Part shown: positions 10,777 through 21,233 of the stretch, piece after piece
Position numbering within the stretch: the first letter of the stretch is position 1
Layout: the number at the start of each line of letters is the position of its first letter
From: Thermoplasmatales archaeon
Lineage (GTDB): Archaea > Thermoplasmatota > Thermoplasmata > Thermoplasmatales > Thermoplasmataceae
Length of the DNA stretch: 64,000 nt
Reading direction: 5' to 3'
Assembly: GCA_027310185.1 (NCBI GenBank)
Contig: DAIDBH010000018.1
Coordinates: 128,001 to 192,000 of the forward strand
The notes under the pieces: generated by a model
Told to the model about the DNA's origin: nothing
Seen by the model: the letters and a program-made list of their open reading frames with translations, nothing else
Database searches by the model: none
Made by a program: the position numbers and the translations under genes

Positions 10777-11988
10777 ATGGCGTATATAACAGTAGATAGC
10801 GATAATAAATTAAAGGTACCAAACAGGGCAACAATCGGTTACATTGAAGGAGACGGAATCGGTCCGGATATCACAAAAGCCATGATTAATACTGTGAATG
10901 CTTCCATAGAAGTCGCCTATTCGGGTGAGAGATCAATAGAATGGGAAAAAATAATGGCAGGAGAAGAAGCCTTTGAAAAAACGGGGGAACATTTACCCAA
11001 GGATTCACTGAAGCAGATTGAAAAGTGCGTTGTGTCAATAAAGGGACCACTGACAACTCCCATAGGACAGGGATTCAGGAGTCTTAATGTCACATTGCGT
11101 CAACAGTTTGACCTTTATGCCAATGTAAGGCCTGTAAGGTATTTTCCAGGGGTTCCATCACCTGTGGTACATCCAGAGAATATGAATATGGTTGTATTCA
11201 GGGAGAATACAGAAGACCTTTATTCAGGTATCGAATGGAAATATGACTCTGAAGGCGCGAAGAAAGTGAGAGAGTTTTTATCACAGGAGTTTGGAATAAG
11301 CCTGACCGATGATACGGGCATTGGAATAAAGCCAATAAGCAAGTTCAAGAGTCAGAGGCTTGTAAGGAAGGCAATAGAATTTGCCATAGCGAACAGGAGA
11401 AGAAGCGTTACCCTGATGCACAAGGGAAACATAATGAAGTACACTGAAGGAGCTTTCAAGGACTGGGGATACGAAATTGCAAGAAATGAATTTTCCCAGC
11501 AAACTGTTACGGAGGAAGAATATCTCCAGAATCCAGATGCAATGGGAGACAAGATAGTGATAAAGGACAGGATCGCGGACAACATGTTCCAGCAGGCTCT
11601 CACCAGGACAGCTGAATATGATATCATTGCCGCTCCAAATCTTAATGGAGATTATATATCAGATGCACTTGCAGCCCAGGTTGGAGGGATCGGAATCGCA
11701 CCAGGTGCCAATATAGGAGATGTTTATGCAATTTTTGAGGCAGTCCATGGCACAGCACCAAAATACGCAGGAATGGACGTTGCAAATCCAACATCACTAA
11801 TCCTGTCAGCAACAATGCTACTGAGGCATATCGGCTGGACAGAAGCTGCAGACATACTTGATAACGCCGTAACTGCATGTTACAAAGATCAGAAGGTCAC
11901 ACAGGATCTTGCAAGAATACTGAATATAAGAGCACTTAAATGCTCAGAATTCGGTGGCGAAATAATAAAGAGAATGAAGAAGGAATAG
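10777..11988 (+). CDS. icd: NADP-dependent isocitrate dehydrogenase
   Basis: EGDGIGPDI, KGPLTTPIGQGFRSLNV, HKGNIMK, NLNGDYISD, HGTAPKYAG. Confidence 0.97.
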   Translation: MAYITVDSDNKLKVPNRATIGYIEGDGIGPDITKAMINTVNASIEVAYSGERSIEWEKIMAGEEAFEKTGEHLPKDSLKQIEKCVVSIKGPLTTPIGQGFRSLNVTLRQQFDLYANVRPVRYFPGVPSPVVHPENMNMVVFRENTEDLYSGIEWKYDSEGAKKVREFLSQEFGISLTDDTGIGIKPISKFKSQRLVRKAIEFAIANRRRSVTLMHKGNIMKYTEGAFKDWGYEIARNEFSQQTVTEEEYLQNPDAMGDKIVIKDRIADNMFQQALTRTAEYDIIAAPNLNGDYISDALAAQVGGIGIAPGANIGDVYAIFEAVHGTAPKYAGMDVANPTSLILSATMLLRHIGWTEAADILDNAVTACYKDQKVTQDLARILNIRALKCSEFGGEIIKRMKKE

Positions 11989-11990
11989 AA

Positions 11991-13175
11991 CTATAGGAGC
12001 AGGGTTCTGCTGCTCTCTACATTCCTCAATATTTCAATACCGGTCCTGCTTTTTGCAAAATCTACTGCATTGTATGAATCGGTGAACAGATTTATGAAGC
12101 TGCAGTTTTTCACCGACATAGCCTTTTCCACAGCATCTTTCATGCTCTTGAAGTGATATAAAACGATAACGGGCCCAGGTATCTGTTCCATAGGAACAAT
12201 CTTCTCACCGTACCTGTTCTCAAGAAGGTGAACGCTCTCGTGAAGTCCATCAACATAATCAAAGTCATTTTCTAGGAGTTTCTTCACCGATTGTCTCGCT
12301 CTTTCTGCATCTTCCTGTGTGTTGAAGTAGTTTATATCACCATCGGGTCCATATCCATTTTTTACATCCCTTTTCAGGAATTCTACAATCCTGTTTTTGA
12401 AGAAGATATATTCCTTGTCAGAAACAAGAAAGACCTGACTCCTTAGAAACCTGTTTGATACGGAAATATATGAAAGCCCGGGAACTGCATTTGTTGCCAT
12501 TTCAAGATGGCTGCTATCTGGAACAATACTAACACCATTTTCAAATCGCTTCCAGATTATGTTGTTTCTATTCACAGCCTTCTGGATATCAACAAAATCC
12601 CCTGTATTTCCATAGAAAAGTATCCGTTCTCCTTCGCCCCATTTATCAAAGGCTTTTATAGCGTTATCTTCAGCAACATCCAGGATGTATCCACCAGTCT
12701 CCCTGAGTGATTCATACATATCATTACTGAGGGTCATAGTGCTTATGGGGCATTGTGAATTATGGAGTATCATCGGTCTTGTACCTTGGAGAAGTGATTC
12801 AATTATTCCCCTGAACATCGTGTAAACCGGTATGGAAGCATCGGGAATTACGGCTGATATTTTCCTGAATTGGTCAGTTCTCACATGTTCAGTTCCAAAT
12901 TTCTCAATCAGCCTTTGGGTATATGTGTACCTCATCAATTGTGAAGTTCTAAGTAATTCTTCTCTGCAGGAAAGTGCAGTTCTTCCAGTCTCCATTGATA
13001 AAATGGAAATACGCTCATCTGAACCATAAAACTTTTCAAGAACAGAAATCATTGTTTCCATCAATCTTGAGGGATTCATTCTTGAATCACTGGAATTTTC
13101 AGTTTTAAGTTCTGAAAGCTTTATATCCTCTACTTCTCCAATTTCACTGGAATCAAATTTGCTCTTCACTTTCAT
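11991..13175 (-). CDS. Divergent aldehyde dehydrogenase-fold protein, catalytic residues apparently absent
   Basis: Colinear ALDH-like segments AVIPDASIP, ILFYGNT, FENG, EQIPGPVIVLYHFKSMKDAVEKA. Confidence 0.65.
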   Translation of the reverse strand: MKVKSKFDSSEIGEVEDIKLSELKTENSSDSRMNPSRLMETMISVLEKFYGSDERISILSMETGRTALSCREELLRTSQLMRYTYTQRLIEKFGTEHVRTDQFRKISAVIPDASIPVYTMFRGIIESLLQGTRPMILHNSQCPISTMTLSNDMYESLRETGGYILDVAEDNAIKAFDKWGEGERILFYGNTGDFVDIQKAVNRNNIIWKRFENGVSIVPDSSHLEMATNAVPGLSYISVSNRFLRSQVFLVSDKEYIFFKNRIVEFLKRDVKNGYGPDGDINYFNTQEDAERARQSVKKLLENDFDYVDGLHESVHLLENRYGEKIVPMEQIPGPVIVLYHFKSMKDAVEKAMSVKNCSFINLFTDSYNAVDFAKSRTGIEILRNVESSRTLLL

Positions 13176-13589
13176 ATTGAACAGATTAGTATGTATTCGA
13201 GCATAAAGAGTGTTTCTTAAAATTTTACTGTAATTCCAGACGAGAAAGACATTTAATCTGCCGTGAAATAGACTGTGTCCTGTTCATAAATTAAAGATGT
13301 GCATAATCTTTAAGGGAATACTAATGGTTATAAAGGTTCAAGACAAAGTATGCCTCCAGTATTTAATGCATTTAAAAATCTCAAATGGATGAGGATAATT
13401 CTTCAGTACCAAATTGATGAAGAGATGTTTTGTAACTGTAAGAGAACATTTCTGGAAAATAATTTTAAATTTTGGGATTTGTTGTGATGGAACTCATTCT
13501 ATTTTGAATGAACACTAAATTTACAAATGATCGTTTAAAAATAAAGTTAAAAAAGGAAACATTATAGCACAGGCTTATGATATATAAAG

Positions 13590-13910
13590 ATGAAAGTAGT
13601 AATACAGGTATCAGAAAAGGAAAAAATTCCAATGGGAAATATTGTAGGCTCACACATTGCAGTACTGAAGGATGTTGAAACCATAGAGGTGGTTTTCCTG
13701 GAAAGCGCCATTGTAGCAACAACAAATGAGGAAATGATAAAACCTCTACTTGAAGACAAAAAACTCATATTAATGGCATGCAAAACTTCCATGGAAATGA
13801 GCAACATAAAAGCCTCCGATCTTGTAAAAGGTGTTTCAGCAACACCCCAGGGTGGATTCATAGAAATTATAAGGAGACAGCAGGAAGGTTGGTTCTACAT
13901 CCACGTCTAA
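13590..13910 (+). CDS. DsrE/DsrF-like protein
   Basis: IEVVFLESAI, conserved Cys in MACKTSM, C-terminal EIIRRQQEGWFYI. Confidence 0.8.
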   Translation: MKVVIQVSEKEKIPMGNIVGSHIAVLKDVETIEVVFLESAIVATTNEEMIKPLLEDKKLILMACKTSMEMSNIKASDLVKGVSATPQGGFIEIIRRQQEGWFYIHV

Positions 13911-14338
13911 TTTTTACAAAACTAGAAGAATGTAACTTCCTCTCACAGCTTTCGCAAGGAACCTCCAGATTCAAAGATTGTTTCTGGAATCCTAAAGAGT
14001 TTGAATTCTCTTCAACAGAGAGTCTTATATCCATAATGTAAGAAATCAGACTTTACGAAAGGTCCATTTTATTGGTTATCTTGGTCATTCATTCACTGTT
14101 ACATTCACCCTGAATTATAAGAGGTATTTGCATGCATCAATATCTTCAGTTACAAAAGAGGCGTCGAGGTTTGTAATATAAATCGAGTTTAAATTCACCG
14201 TAAAACCATATGTATATTCAGGAAAAGGTAAACAAGCTTCCCCGGTAAAATATATATTAATTAAATATAATATACCATTCTACATATCTTATTTTCCGTG
14301 TAACCAAAATTAATATATGACGCATTCTTTAAGTAAGC

Positions 14339-14770
14339 ATGAAAAGACGAATGTTGGATTCAGATGAATCCAGCGGAAGTATGTTGAAGGGAATAGTTGC
14401 AACCTTTCTCTCTATGTTGATACTAGGTCCATTTATGGGATTAGGATGGGTTCTGTCAGGACTTTTCGGAGGAATTGCATCAAGAGGTGGCCTTAGAGGA
14501 TTTGTTGCAGGCCTGATTGGAGGGATAGTCCTGGCTCTCATACTCATAGAGATATCATACTATGTAGCACCTGCAACTATAAACCAGATAATGAGTTACA
14601 CTGGTAATTTCTACTTTGTTAACAACATAAAGACAATTTATCTTGAAACAAGGCAACAGCTTGGTGTAGATCCATTACACACAATAATAAGTGTTGTAGC
14701 GGAGGGGGCAATAGTACCAGCTGTTGGTGGGCTCATAGGTGGCTTTTTCCTGTCAAGAGATTCAGAATAA
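14339..14770 (+). CDS. Gly-rich membrane protein (DUF5518-like)
   Basis: Several GxxxG-containing TM helices. Confidence 0.65.
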   Translation: MKRRMLDSDESSGSMLKGIVATFLSMLILGPFMGLGWVLSGLFGGIASRGGLRGFVAGLIGGIVLALILIEISYYVAPATINQIMSYTGNFYFVNNIKTIYLETRQQLGVDPLHTIISVVAEGAIVPAVGGLIGGFFLSRDSE

Positions 14771-14772
14771 AT

Positions 14773-15450
14773 TTATAAATTATTTTTTACATTGTCAGCA
14801 AAATATTCTTCATTTTTTCTATCCAGAACCCTGTATGAAGATCGGAGTGTATCAAGAATTGAAAGTACCAGCTTTTCCTTTTCAATTCCAAGGTATCCCA
14901 TTACACTGGAATCAAGTCCACATGGTTTTATCCTCATGAAACCATCAAGGGCTGTTTCCCCATAATTTATTGCCAGTCCATGGTATGAAACACCCCTGTC
15001 GATCTTCATTCCAAGGGAGCAGACTTTCCTGTCACCCAGAGGGGAGTTGGTTACCCAGATACCCGGTTCTTCTCCAAGATGGGGTTCAAATCCGAGCTTC
15101 CTGAACGTATCCATAACTATATTTTCAAGCGTCTGAACAAATAATCTGACATCCTTCCTTTCATTTTCCCTGAAGACCCTGACAATTGGATAAATCAGAA
15201 GCTGGCCTGGGCCGTGATATGTTACATCCCCTCCCCTTTCAATGAGTATTGGGTTCAGTCCCCTGTAATTGTCAGGATTCGCACCTCTGCCTATGGTATA
15301 CACTCCTGGAGAATGTTCAACAAAAATAAATGTATCCTCTATAAAATCGTTGTACCTCAGGAAATGAAGTTTTTTCTGGAATTTCCAGATTTCTTCATAA
15401 TCCCTTATTCCAAGATCAAGATATTGGCTTGAAGTGTAGAGGTTTATCAT
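14773..15450 (-). CDS. lipB: Octanoyltransferase LipB
   Basis: EHxPxVYTIG, RGGDVTYHGPGQ, RKVCSLG, SYHGLAIN, IKPCG. Confidence 0.93.
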   Translation of the reverse strand: MINLYTSSQYLDLGIRDYEEIWKFQKKLHFLRYNDFIEDTFIFVEHSPGVYTIGRGANPDNYRGLNPILIERGGDVTYHGPGQLLIYPIVRVFRENERKDVRLFVQTLENIVMDTFRKLGFEPHLGEEPGIWVTNSPLGDRKVCSLGMKIDRGVSYHGLAINYGETALDGFMRIKPCGLDSSVMGYLGIEKEKLVLSILDTLRSSYRVLDRKNEEYFADNVKNNL

Positions 15451-16738
15451 ATGCTATCTCAGCCGACTCCTGTATGCCTTCAGAGAGTGTCGGATGAGGA
15501 TGAATTGTTGATCCAATATCCTCTACATTCATTCCCGTTTCAACAGCGAGACTCAGCTCACTTATCATCTCGGAAGCACGAGGTGCGGCAATGCCAGCTC
15601 CTGTCACAGTGCCATCTTCGTCATAATAAATGCTGTAGAATCCATTTGAACTGTTGAGTCCCTGGCTTCTGCCATTTGCTGCTAGAGGATATCTTGTGGA
15701 TTTCTGTCCCCTGTTTCCGGTAAAGGCAATTTCCGGGTCTGAATAAACTACCATAGGCATGGCATAATAATCTACAGTTGTTTTGTCACCTGCAATGTTA
15801 TGTGCAGCCACCCTACCATCATAGAACGCTCTGTGGGCAAGCATTGGACCTCCAGTTGACACATCACCGACTGCGTAAACGCCTCTCTCACTGGTCATCT
15901 TGTACTTGTCTGTCTTTATGAATCCATTTTCCATTTCTAGTTTAAGGTTTTCAAGTCCGAAGCCTTCTGTATTTGGTCTCCTTCCTACTGTAACAAGAAC
16001 AGCTTCGGCAGAAATACTTGCACCCGATTCCATCTTGACAAAATACTTATCCTTCTTCTCAACAGATGAAACTTTTGCAGATAGGAGTATTCTAATTCCC
16101 ATCTCCTTCATCTTCCTCTCCACAGGTTTAATGAGTTCCGGATCAATTCCCGTTAGAATGCTTGGTAGCATTTCAATAAGCGTAACCTGCGATCCAAGTT
16201 TCGCAAAGGCGGTTCCAAGTTCCACACCAATATACCCGCCACCTATTATGACAAGGTCCTTCGGAACTGTCTTTATATCAAGGATTTCTTTGTTATACAT
16301 AACATCCTTGAAAGCATCTATCCTGGTTGGAGAAGATCCTGTGGCAATAACAAGGCTATCACACTGATGGGTTTCAGAACCGATCTGCACATGCTGCTTG
16401 TCTACTATCTTGGCATCTCCATTAATTATTTTCACTCCATATGCCCTGCAAAGGGTTTCAACTCCAGATACCAGCCTGTTGATCATTGACCACTTCCACC
16501 CCTGCCACTGGTTCATGTCAATATTGTAACTGAGTCTTACACCTGGAAGCGTTTTCAGATATGATAGGCTCTCAGACATCTCTATAAGTGCCTTGGATGG
16601 TATACATCCGTAATTCAGGCATTCACCGCCAACTTTATTCTTCTCTACTAGCAGAACACTTCTTCCAAGTTGCCCCAGCCTGATTGCAGTAGAATATCCA
16701 CCCGGGCCACCACCAATAATTATAGCATCATACTTCAT
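15416..16738 (-). CDS. lpdA: Dihydrolipoamide dehydrogenase (E3)
   Basis: GGGPGGY, GGECLNYGCIPSK redox disulfide, HPHPTLSE. Confidence 0.96.
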   Translation of the reverse strand: MKYDAIIIGGGPGGYSTAIRLGQLGRSVLLVEKNKVGGECLNYGCIPSKALIEMSESLSYLKTLPGVRLSYNIDMNQWQGWKWSMINRLVSGVETLCRAYGVKIINGDAKIVDKQHVQIGSETHQCDSLVIATGSSPTRIDAFKDVMYNKEILDIKTVPKDLVIIGGGYIGVELGTAFAKLGSQVTLIEMLPSILTGIDPELIKPVERKMKEMGIRILLSAKVSSVEKKDKYFVKMESGASISAEAVLVTVGRRPNTEGFGLENLKLEMENGFIKTDKYKMTSERGVYAVGDVSTGGPMLAHRAFYDGRVAAHNIAGDKTTVDYYAMPMVVYSDPEIAFTGNRGQKSTRYPLAANGRSQGLNSSNGFYSIYYDEDGTVTGAGIAAPRASEMISELSLAVETGMNVEDIGSTIHPHPTLSEGIQESAEIAYDKPLHFKPIS

Positions 16739-16742
16739 GAGA

Positions 16743-18131
16743 TCACCTTATCAGGAATGATATTGGGTCTTCCAGATATGATTTTACCTTCACTATGAAT
16801 CTGGCAGCATCTGCACCATCTATCAGCCTGTGGTCACAGGAAAGTGAGATGATCGTACTGTCATCGCCAGATTCGAAGTTAGTCCCTTTCTTTGTGGATC
16901 TGTGAACAGCAAGTATGGCAACTTCAGGATAATTTATGATGGGTGTTGATATCAGGCCACCTATAGATCCTACGTTGGATATTGTAAAGGTTGAATCCTG
17001 CACGTCAGTCAGGGTTAATTTATTCTCTCTCGCCTTCTTTGCAAGATCAGATATCTCCGAAGATATTTGAACGACTGATTTGTCTATGGCATTTTTGACA
17101 ACGGCCACTGTCAATCCGGAGGGTGTATCGATTGCAACACCCATGTTAATGCTCTTTCTGAAGATGTACCTCTTGTTTGCTTCATCATAATGGGCATTGA
17201 ACTTGGGAAACTCTGTAAGTGCTACTGCCACCGCCTTTACAAAGAATGGGGTCAGTGTAACCTTTGTACCATTTTCCCTCATATCATTCATGGTCTTGGT
17301 AAGTTTTGAAATATCAACAGTTTCCGCGACCATGAAATGAGGCATTATCTGTTTCGATTTTGACATCTTTTCGAAGATCAGTCTCCTTAGGCCGTGAGGT
17401 TCAAAGACCTGATCGCCCTCAGAAGTGCTGGCAGTTTCTTCTACGTGAACAACTGGCTCTGGTTCCTTTCCCTGGGGGGAAGAACCCACTTTTGGCTCAT
17501 CCTTGACCGGGGTTGGTTCCTGCATCTTCTGGCTCTGTGACTCAGGAGCTTTTGGTTGTTCAACCTGTCTGGCAGTCGCTGGTGGAACAGGTGCCATCCT
17601 TATGCCAGAACTCTTTGGTGCTTCTGTCTTCTGTTTCATCTCTCTTTCTGCATTATCCAGATCTTCCAGAGTTACCCTGCCATTAGGTCCGGTTGGTGTT
17701 ATGTTATCCAGATCTATGCCTCTATCTTTTGCAATTCTCCTTATTGTAGGAGAAGCCAGTATTCTTCTATTCTGATCATCATTCATCAATTTCTTCTCAC
17801 CTCCCTCCTCTTTAACTGTTTCAGCAACAGACATCTTCTGCTGGGGTTCGTCCTTAAATTCAGCCGGGGATTCAGATTTTTTCTCATCGCCCTTCGATCC
17901 ATCATCGATCTCGATGATGACTTCACCAACTTTAACAACCTGTCCTTCCTTAAAAAGTATTCTGTTAACCTTTCCCTCAACTGGACTTGGTATGTTTATA
18001 TTGACCTTATCGGTCATTATCTCTACCATATCCTGCTCTTTCTTTACCACGTCACCTTCCTTGACAATCCACTTGATTATTTCTCCTTCTGTGACACCCT
18101 CTCCGATGTCCGGCAAAGTAAATTTAAACAT
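16743..18131 (-). CDS. pdhC: 2-oxoacid dehydrogenase E2 dihydrolipoamide acyltransferase
   Basis: Lipoyl domain MTDKV, E3-binding ASPTIRRIA...GPNGRV, DHRLIDG. Confidence 0.95.
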   Translation of the reverse strand: MFKFTLPDIGEGVTEGEIIKWIVKEGDVVKKEQDMVEIMTDKVNINIPSPVEGKVNRILFKEGQVVKVGEVIIEIDDGSKGDEKKSESPAEFKDEPQQKMSVAETVKEEGGEKKLMNDDQNRRILASPTIRRIAKDRGIDLDNITPTGPNGRVTLEDLDNAEREMKQKTEAPKSSGIRMAPVPPATARQVEQPKAPESQSQKMQEPTPVKDEPKVGSSPQGKEPEPVVHVEETASTSEGDQVFEPHGLRRLIFEKMSKSKQIMPHFMVAETVDISKLTKTMNDMRENGTKVTLTPFFVKAVAVALTEFPKFNAHYDEANKRYIFRKSINMGVAIDTPSGLTVAVVKNAIDKSVVQISSEISDLAKKARENKLTLTDVQDSTFTISNVGSIGGLISTPIINYPEVAILAVHRSTKKGTNFESGDDSTIISLSCDHRLIDGADAARFIVKVKSYLEDPISFLIR

Positions 18132-18137
18132 TCTTCA

Positions 18138-19112
18138 TCACCTGTATTGCTGCATCTTGTTTACAGCTTTTAGTATCCTCATCTCATTTGGCATGTAATA
18201 ATCCTCTAGCCTGTATGGGAACGGTGTATCTGGACCTGTTACCCTTATGATTGGACCAAGCAGGTAATCAATGGCTCTTTCTGATATGAAAGCAGAAATT
18301 TCGGCTCCCATACCAAGTGTCCTTGGGGCTTCATGCACTATAATTACCCTGCCAGTTTTCTTTACTGAATTCAGTATTGTTTCTCCATCATAGGGAACCA
18401 GCGTCCTCAGGTCTATAACATCTGCGTCAAGGTTATTTTTGCTTACTGTATTCATCACTGTAGGAACCATGGAGCCATAGGTTATAAACGTAAAGTCATT
18501 TCCTTCATGCAATAGGGATGCCTTTCCTATGGGTATCTCATACTCTTCGTCAGGAACCTCCTGTTTCTGGCTTCTGTAAAGCTTTTTAGGTTCCAGGAAT
18601 ATTACTGGGTCATTCAGTCTCAGACTCTTTATGAGCAAACCTTTGGCGTCATACGGGTTCGATGGAGTAACAACCGTTAGACCTGCAGTATGTGCAAAAT
18701 ATGCCTCCCCACTCTGCGAATGGTAAAGACCACCCCTGATACCTCCACCATATGGCGTCCTCAATACCATGGGTACATTGTATTCACCACCACTCCTGTA
18801 TCTCATTTTTGCAGCCTGATTCACAATCTGATCAAATGCAGTGTAGATGAAATCCTGAAACTGTATCTCAGGAACTGCTCTCAGTCCAGTCATTGACATG
18901 CCGATTGCCATTCCAACAATTCCAAGTTCAACAAGTGGCATATCTATTACTCTTTCTGCACCATATTTCTTCTGCAATCCCTCAGTTACCCTGAATACTC
19001 CTCCATCAACACCAATATCCTCGCCCAGAAGTATTATGGAAGTGTCCGTGGTCATCATATAATCAAGTGTTGAATTAATGGACTGTACAAGATTCATAGT
19101 CCTGGAACTCAC
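18138..19112 (-). CDS. pdhB: 2-oxoacid dehydrogenase E1 beta
   Basis: GEDIGVDGGVFRVT, EIQFQDF, YHSQSGEA. Confidence 0.95.
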   Translation of the reverse strand: MSSRTMNLVQSINSTLDYMMTTDTSIILLGEDIGVDGGVFRVTEGLQKKYGAERVIDMPLVELGIVGMAIGMSMTGLRAVPEIQFQDFIYTAFDQIVNQAAKMRYRSGGEYNVPMVLRTPYGGGIRGGLYHSQSGEAYFAHTAGLTVVTPSNPYDAKGLLIKSLRLNDPVIFLEPKKLYRSQKQEVPDEEYEIPIGKASLLHEGNDFTFITYGSMVPTVMNTVSKNNLDADVIDLRTLVPYDGETILNSVKKTGRVIIVHEAPRTLGMGAEISAFISERAIDYLLGPIIRVTGPDTPFPYRLEDYYMPNEMRILKAVNKMQQYR

Positions 19113-20101
19113 AGTATCTCACCTCTCTCTTCATCAATAATCCAGTTGGAATTCTCGTACACATCCTGGAACATTGTTTCGGGGTCTGGAGGTGCTATTT
19201 TTTCCCTTTCATCAAATATCCTGTCTATGCGTTCCTTTGCCTCTGTTTTTATTTTTTCTATGGTCTGGTCGTCAATATAATTAAGCATCTTCAACTTCCT
19301 CTCCGCAATAACGATGGGGTCCTTGTCTGACCCTTCCTTTACATCATCCGCCCTGTATTTGGATGGATCATCCGACGTTGAATGTGGCCCCATCCTGTAA
19401 CTTACGGCTTCTATTAGAACTGGTTTACCATCAACTCTAACCCTGTCTATTTCCTCCTTTGAAACCTTGTACATTTCCAGAAGATCATTCCCATCTACCT
19501 TAACACCCCTCATCCCATAAGCATCTGCTTTCTTCCATATTTCTGCCCTTGTTTGCTTTTCAACTGGCAGGGATATAGCCCATTTATTGTTTTCACATAG
19601 GAAAACTACCGGTAGATCAAAATCGGCAGCTATATTCAGTGCTGCATGAAAATCTGGAGTGGAAGTAGAACCGTCGCCGAATGTGGCCAGAACAATTCCA
19701 TCCTTTTTATGATATCTTATGGAGTAAGCTGCACCAACTGCAAGAGGTAGATTGGTTGCAACAGGACTCTGAACAGACATGAAGTTGTGATCTTTTGCTG
19801 TGTAATGGGATGGCATCTGCCTTCCTTTCTCCTTGTCTTTAGAATTCCCCATAATCTGATCAATAATCGTCCTAGGATCTACGCCCCTGTGAAGCATCAG
19901 TGGAACATCCCTGTAATACTCAAACAGGATGTCCTCATCTTCCAGGGCCATGGACAATCCAACCTGTGTTGCCTCCTGACCCATGGTGGGGGTGTAAAAG
20001 CCAACCCTGCCCTGTCTCTGTGACATTACAATTTTCTTGTCAAGGGTTCTGGATAGTACCATAGCCTTGTACGCTTCGATTATTTTATCTTTTTCATCCA
20101 T
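19109..20101 (-). CDS. pdhA: 2-oxoacid dehydrogenase E1 alpha
   Basis: GQEA, GRQMPSH, TPP motif GDGSTS...NNKWAIS, YRMGPHSTSDDP; SD AGGTGA favours ATG 20101. Confidence 0.95.
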   Translation of the reverse strand: MDEKDKIIEAYKAMVLSRTLDKKIVMSQRQGRVGFYTPTMGQEATQVGLSMALEDEDILFEYYRDVPLMLHRGVDPRTIIDQIMGNSKDKEKGRQMPSHYTAKDHNFMSVQSPVATNLPLAVGAAYSIRYHKKDGIVLATFGDGSTSTPDFHAALNIAADFDLPVVFLCENNKWAISLPVEKQTRAEIWKKADAYGMRGVKVDGNDLLEMYKVSKEEIDRVRVDGKPVLIEAVSYRMGPHSTSDDPSKYRADDVKEGSDKDPIVIAERKLKMLNYIDDQTIEKIKTEAKERIDRIFDEREKIAPPDPETMFQDVYENSNWIIDEERGEIL

Positions 20102-20115
20102 ATACTTTCTCACCT

Positions 20116-20976
20116 TTAATTAAGCTTGATATTTTGAGCTGCCCATGCCTCAAATGCCCTGTATGAAGTCCTCACCAATGGTCCGGAAGCTACAAACCTG
20201 AAACCGTGTTTATAACCCAAGGCCTCGAGCCTTTTGTACCTCTCCGAGGAACAGTATTCCTTCACCTCTATCTGTTTCTTTGAAGGCCTGAGATACTGGC
20301 CAATGGTTAATATATCCACTCCATTCTCAATGAGGTCTTCCATCGCCTGCTCCACCTCATCATCAGTTTCTCCATGGCCAAGCATGATAGAAGACTTTGT
20401 AATCATATAGGGGTTTTCCTCTTTTATATACGAAAGAACAGACAGTGACTGATCATATCCTGCCCTTGCGTCCCGTATGACTGGTGTAAGTCTTCTCACA
20501 GTCTCAATATTATGGGCCAGAACATCTGGTCTTGCTTCAATAATTGTTCTTATCAATTTCCTGTCGCCACGGAAATCCGGTATAAGTGCCTCAACCTTAA
20601 TCCCAAGGGTCTTTACCTGTTTTATTGTTTCAGCATAATGCATGGAACCCTGGTCCGGTAGATCATCCCTATCAACAGAGGTTATGACAGCATACTTCAG
20701 GCCCATGCTTTTGACCGAATCCCTGACCTTGATGGGTTCATCAATATCAAGTGGCTCCATATTTCCATGTGTGACTGAACAGAATCGACATCCTCTTGAG
20801 CAATTCTTACCTAAAATCATGAAAGTTGCTGTACCTGACTCCCAGCATTCTGACACATTGGGGCATCTGGCCTCTTCACACACTGTATGAAGTGAGTTGC
20901 CTTTTATCAGACTGTTGAGGCTGTAAAAAGTATCTCCTGAGGGGAGTTTTACTTTAACATAGTCAGGTCTTTCCAT
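20116..20976 (-). CDS. lipA: Lipoyl synthase
   Basis: CEEARCPNVSEC and radical SAM CSRGCRFC, C-terminal LVRTSY. Confidence 0.96.
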   Translation of the reverse strand: MERPDYVKVKLPSGDTFYSLNSLIKGNSLHTVCEEARCPNVSECWESGTATFMILGKNCSRGCRFCSVTHGNMEPLDIDEPIKVRDSVKSMGLKYAVITSVDRDDLPDQGSMHYAETIKQVKTLGIKVEALIPDFRGDRKLIRTIIEARPDVLAHNIETVRRLTPVIRDARAGYDQSLSVLSYIKEENPYMITKSSIMLGHGETDDEVEQAMEDLIENGVDILTIGQYLRPSKKQIEVKEYCSSERYKRLEALGYKHGFRFVASGPLVRTSYRAFEAWAAQNIKLN

Positions 20977-21158
20977 CAGGGTTATATTTTTTCGTCTTAT
21001 ACTAAATTATCTTTTTTTATAAAGGGTAAGCCAAATGAATGATTGTAAGGATTGAGACTTTTTTTTAAAAACGCATCAGCAAAACTTGTAAAAATCAATT
21101 CAGATATGCAGAGTTCCATTCGAAACTTTTATTACTTTACGAAAAATCAAGGTCAAAA

Positions 21159-21233
21159 GGGGTCATAGCTTAGCATGGTTTGAGCACCCGGCTGATAACC
21201 GGGAGGTCACCGGTTCAAATCCGGTTGGCCCCA
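21159..21233 (+). tRNA. tRNA-Ile(GAT)
   Basis: Cloverleaf GGGGTCA/TGGCCCC, anticodon arm CCCGG-CTGATAA-CCGGG, TTCAAAT loop; CCA not encoded. Confidence 0.97.

Noticed and set aside
13911-14200. Minus-strand fragments (IYITNL..., CESC) suggesting a transposase or Zn-finger relic
   Set aside because: Multiple stops and no extended similarity recognisable
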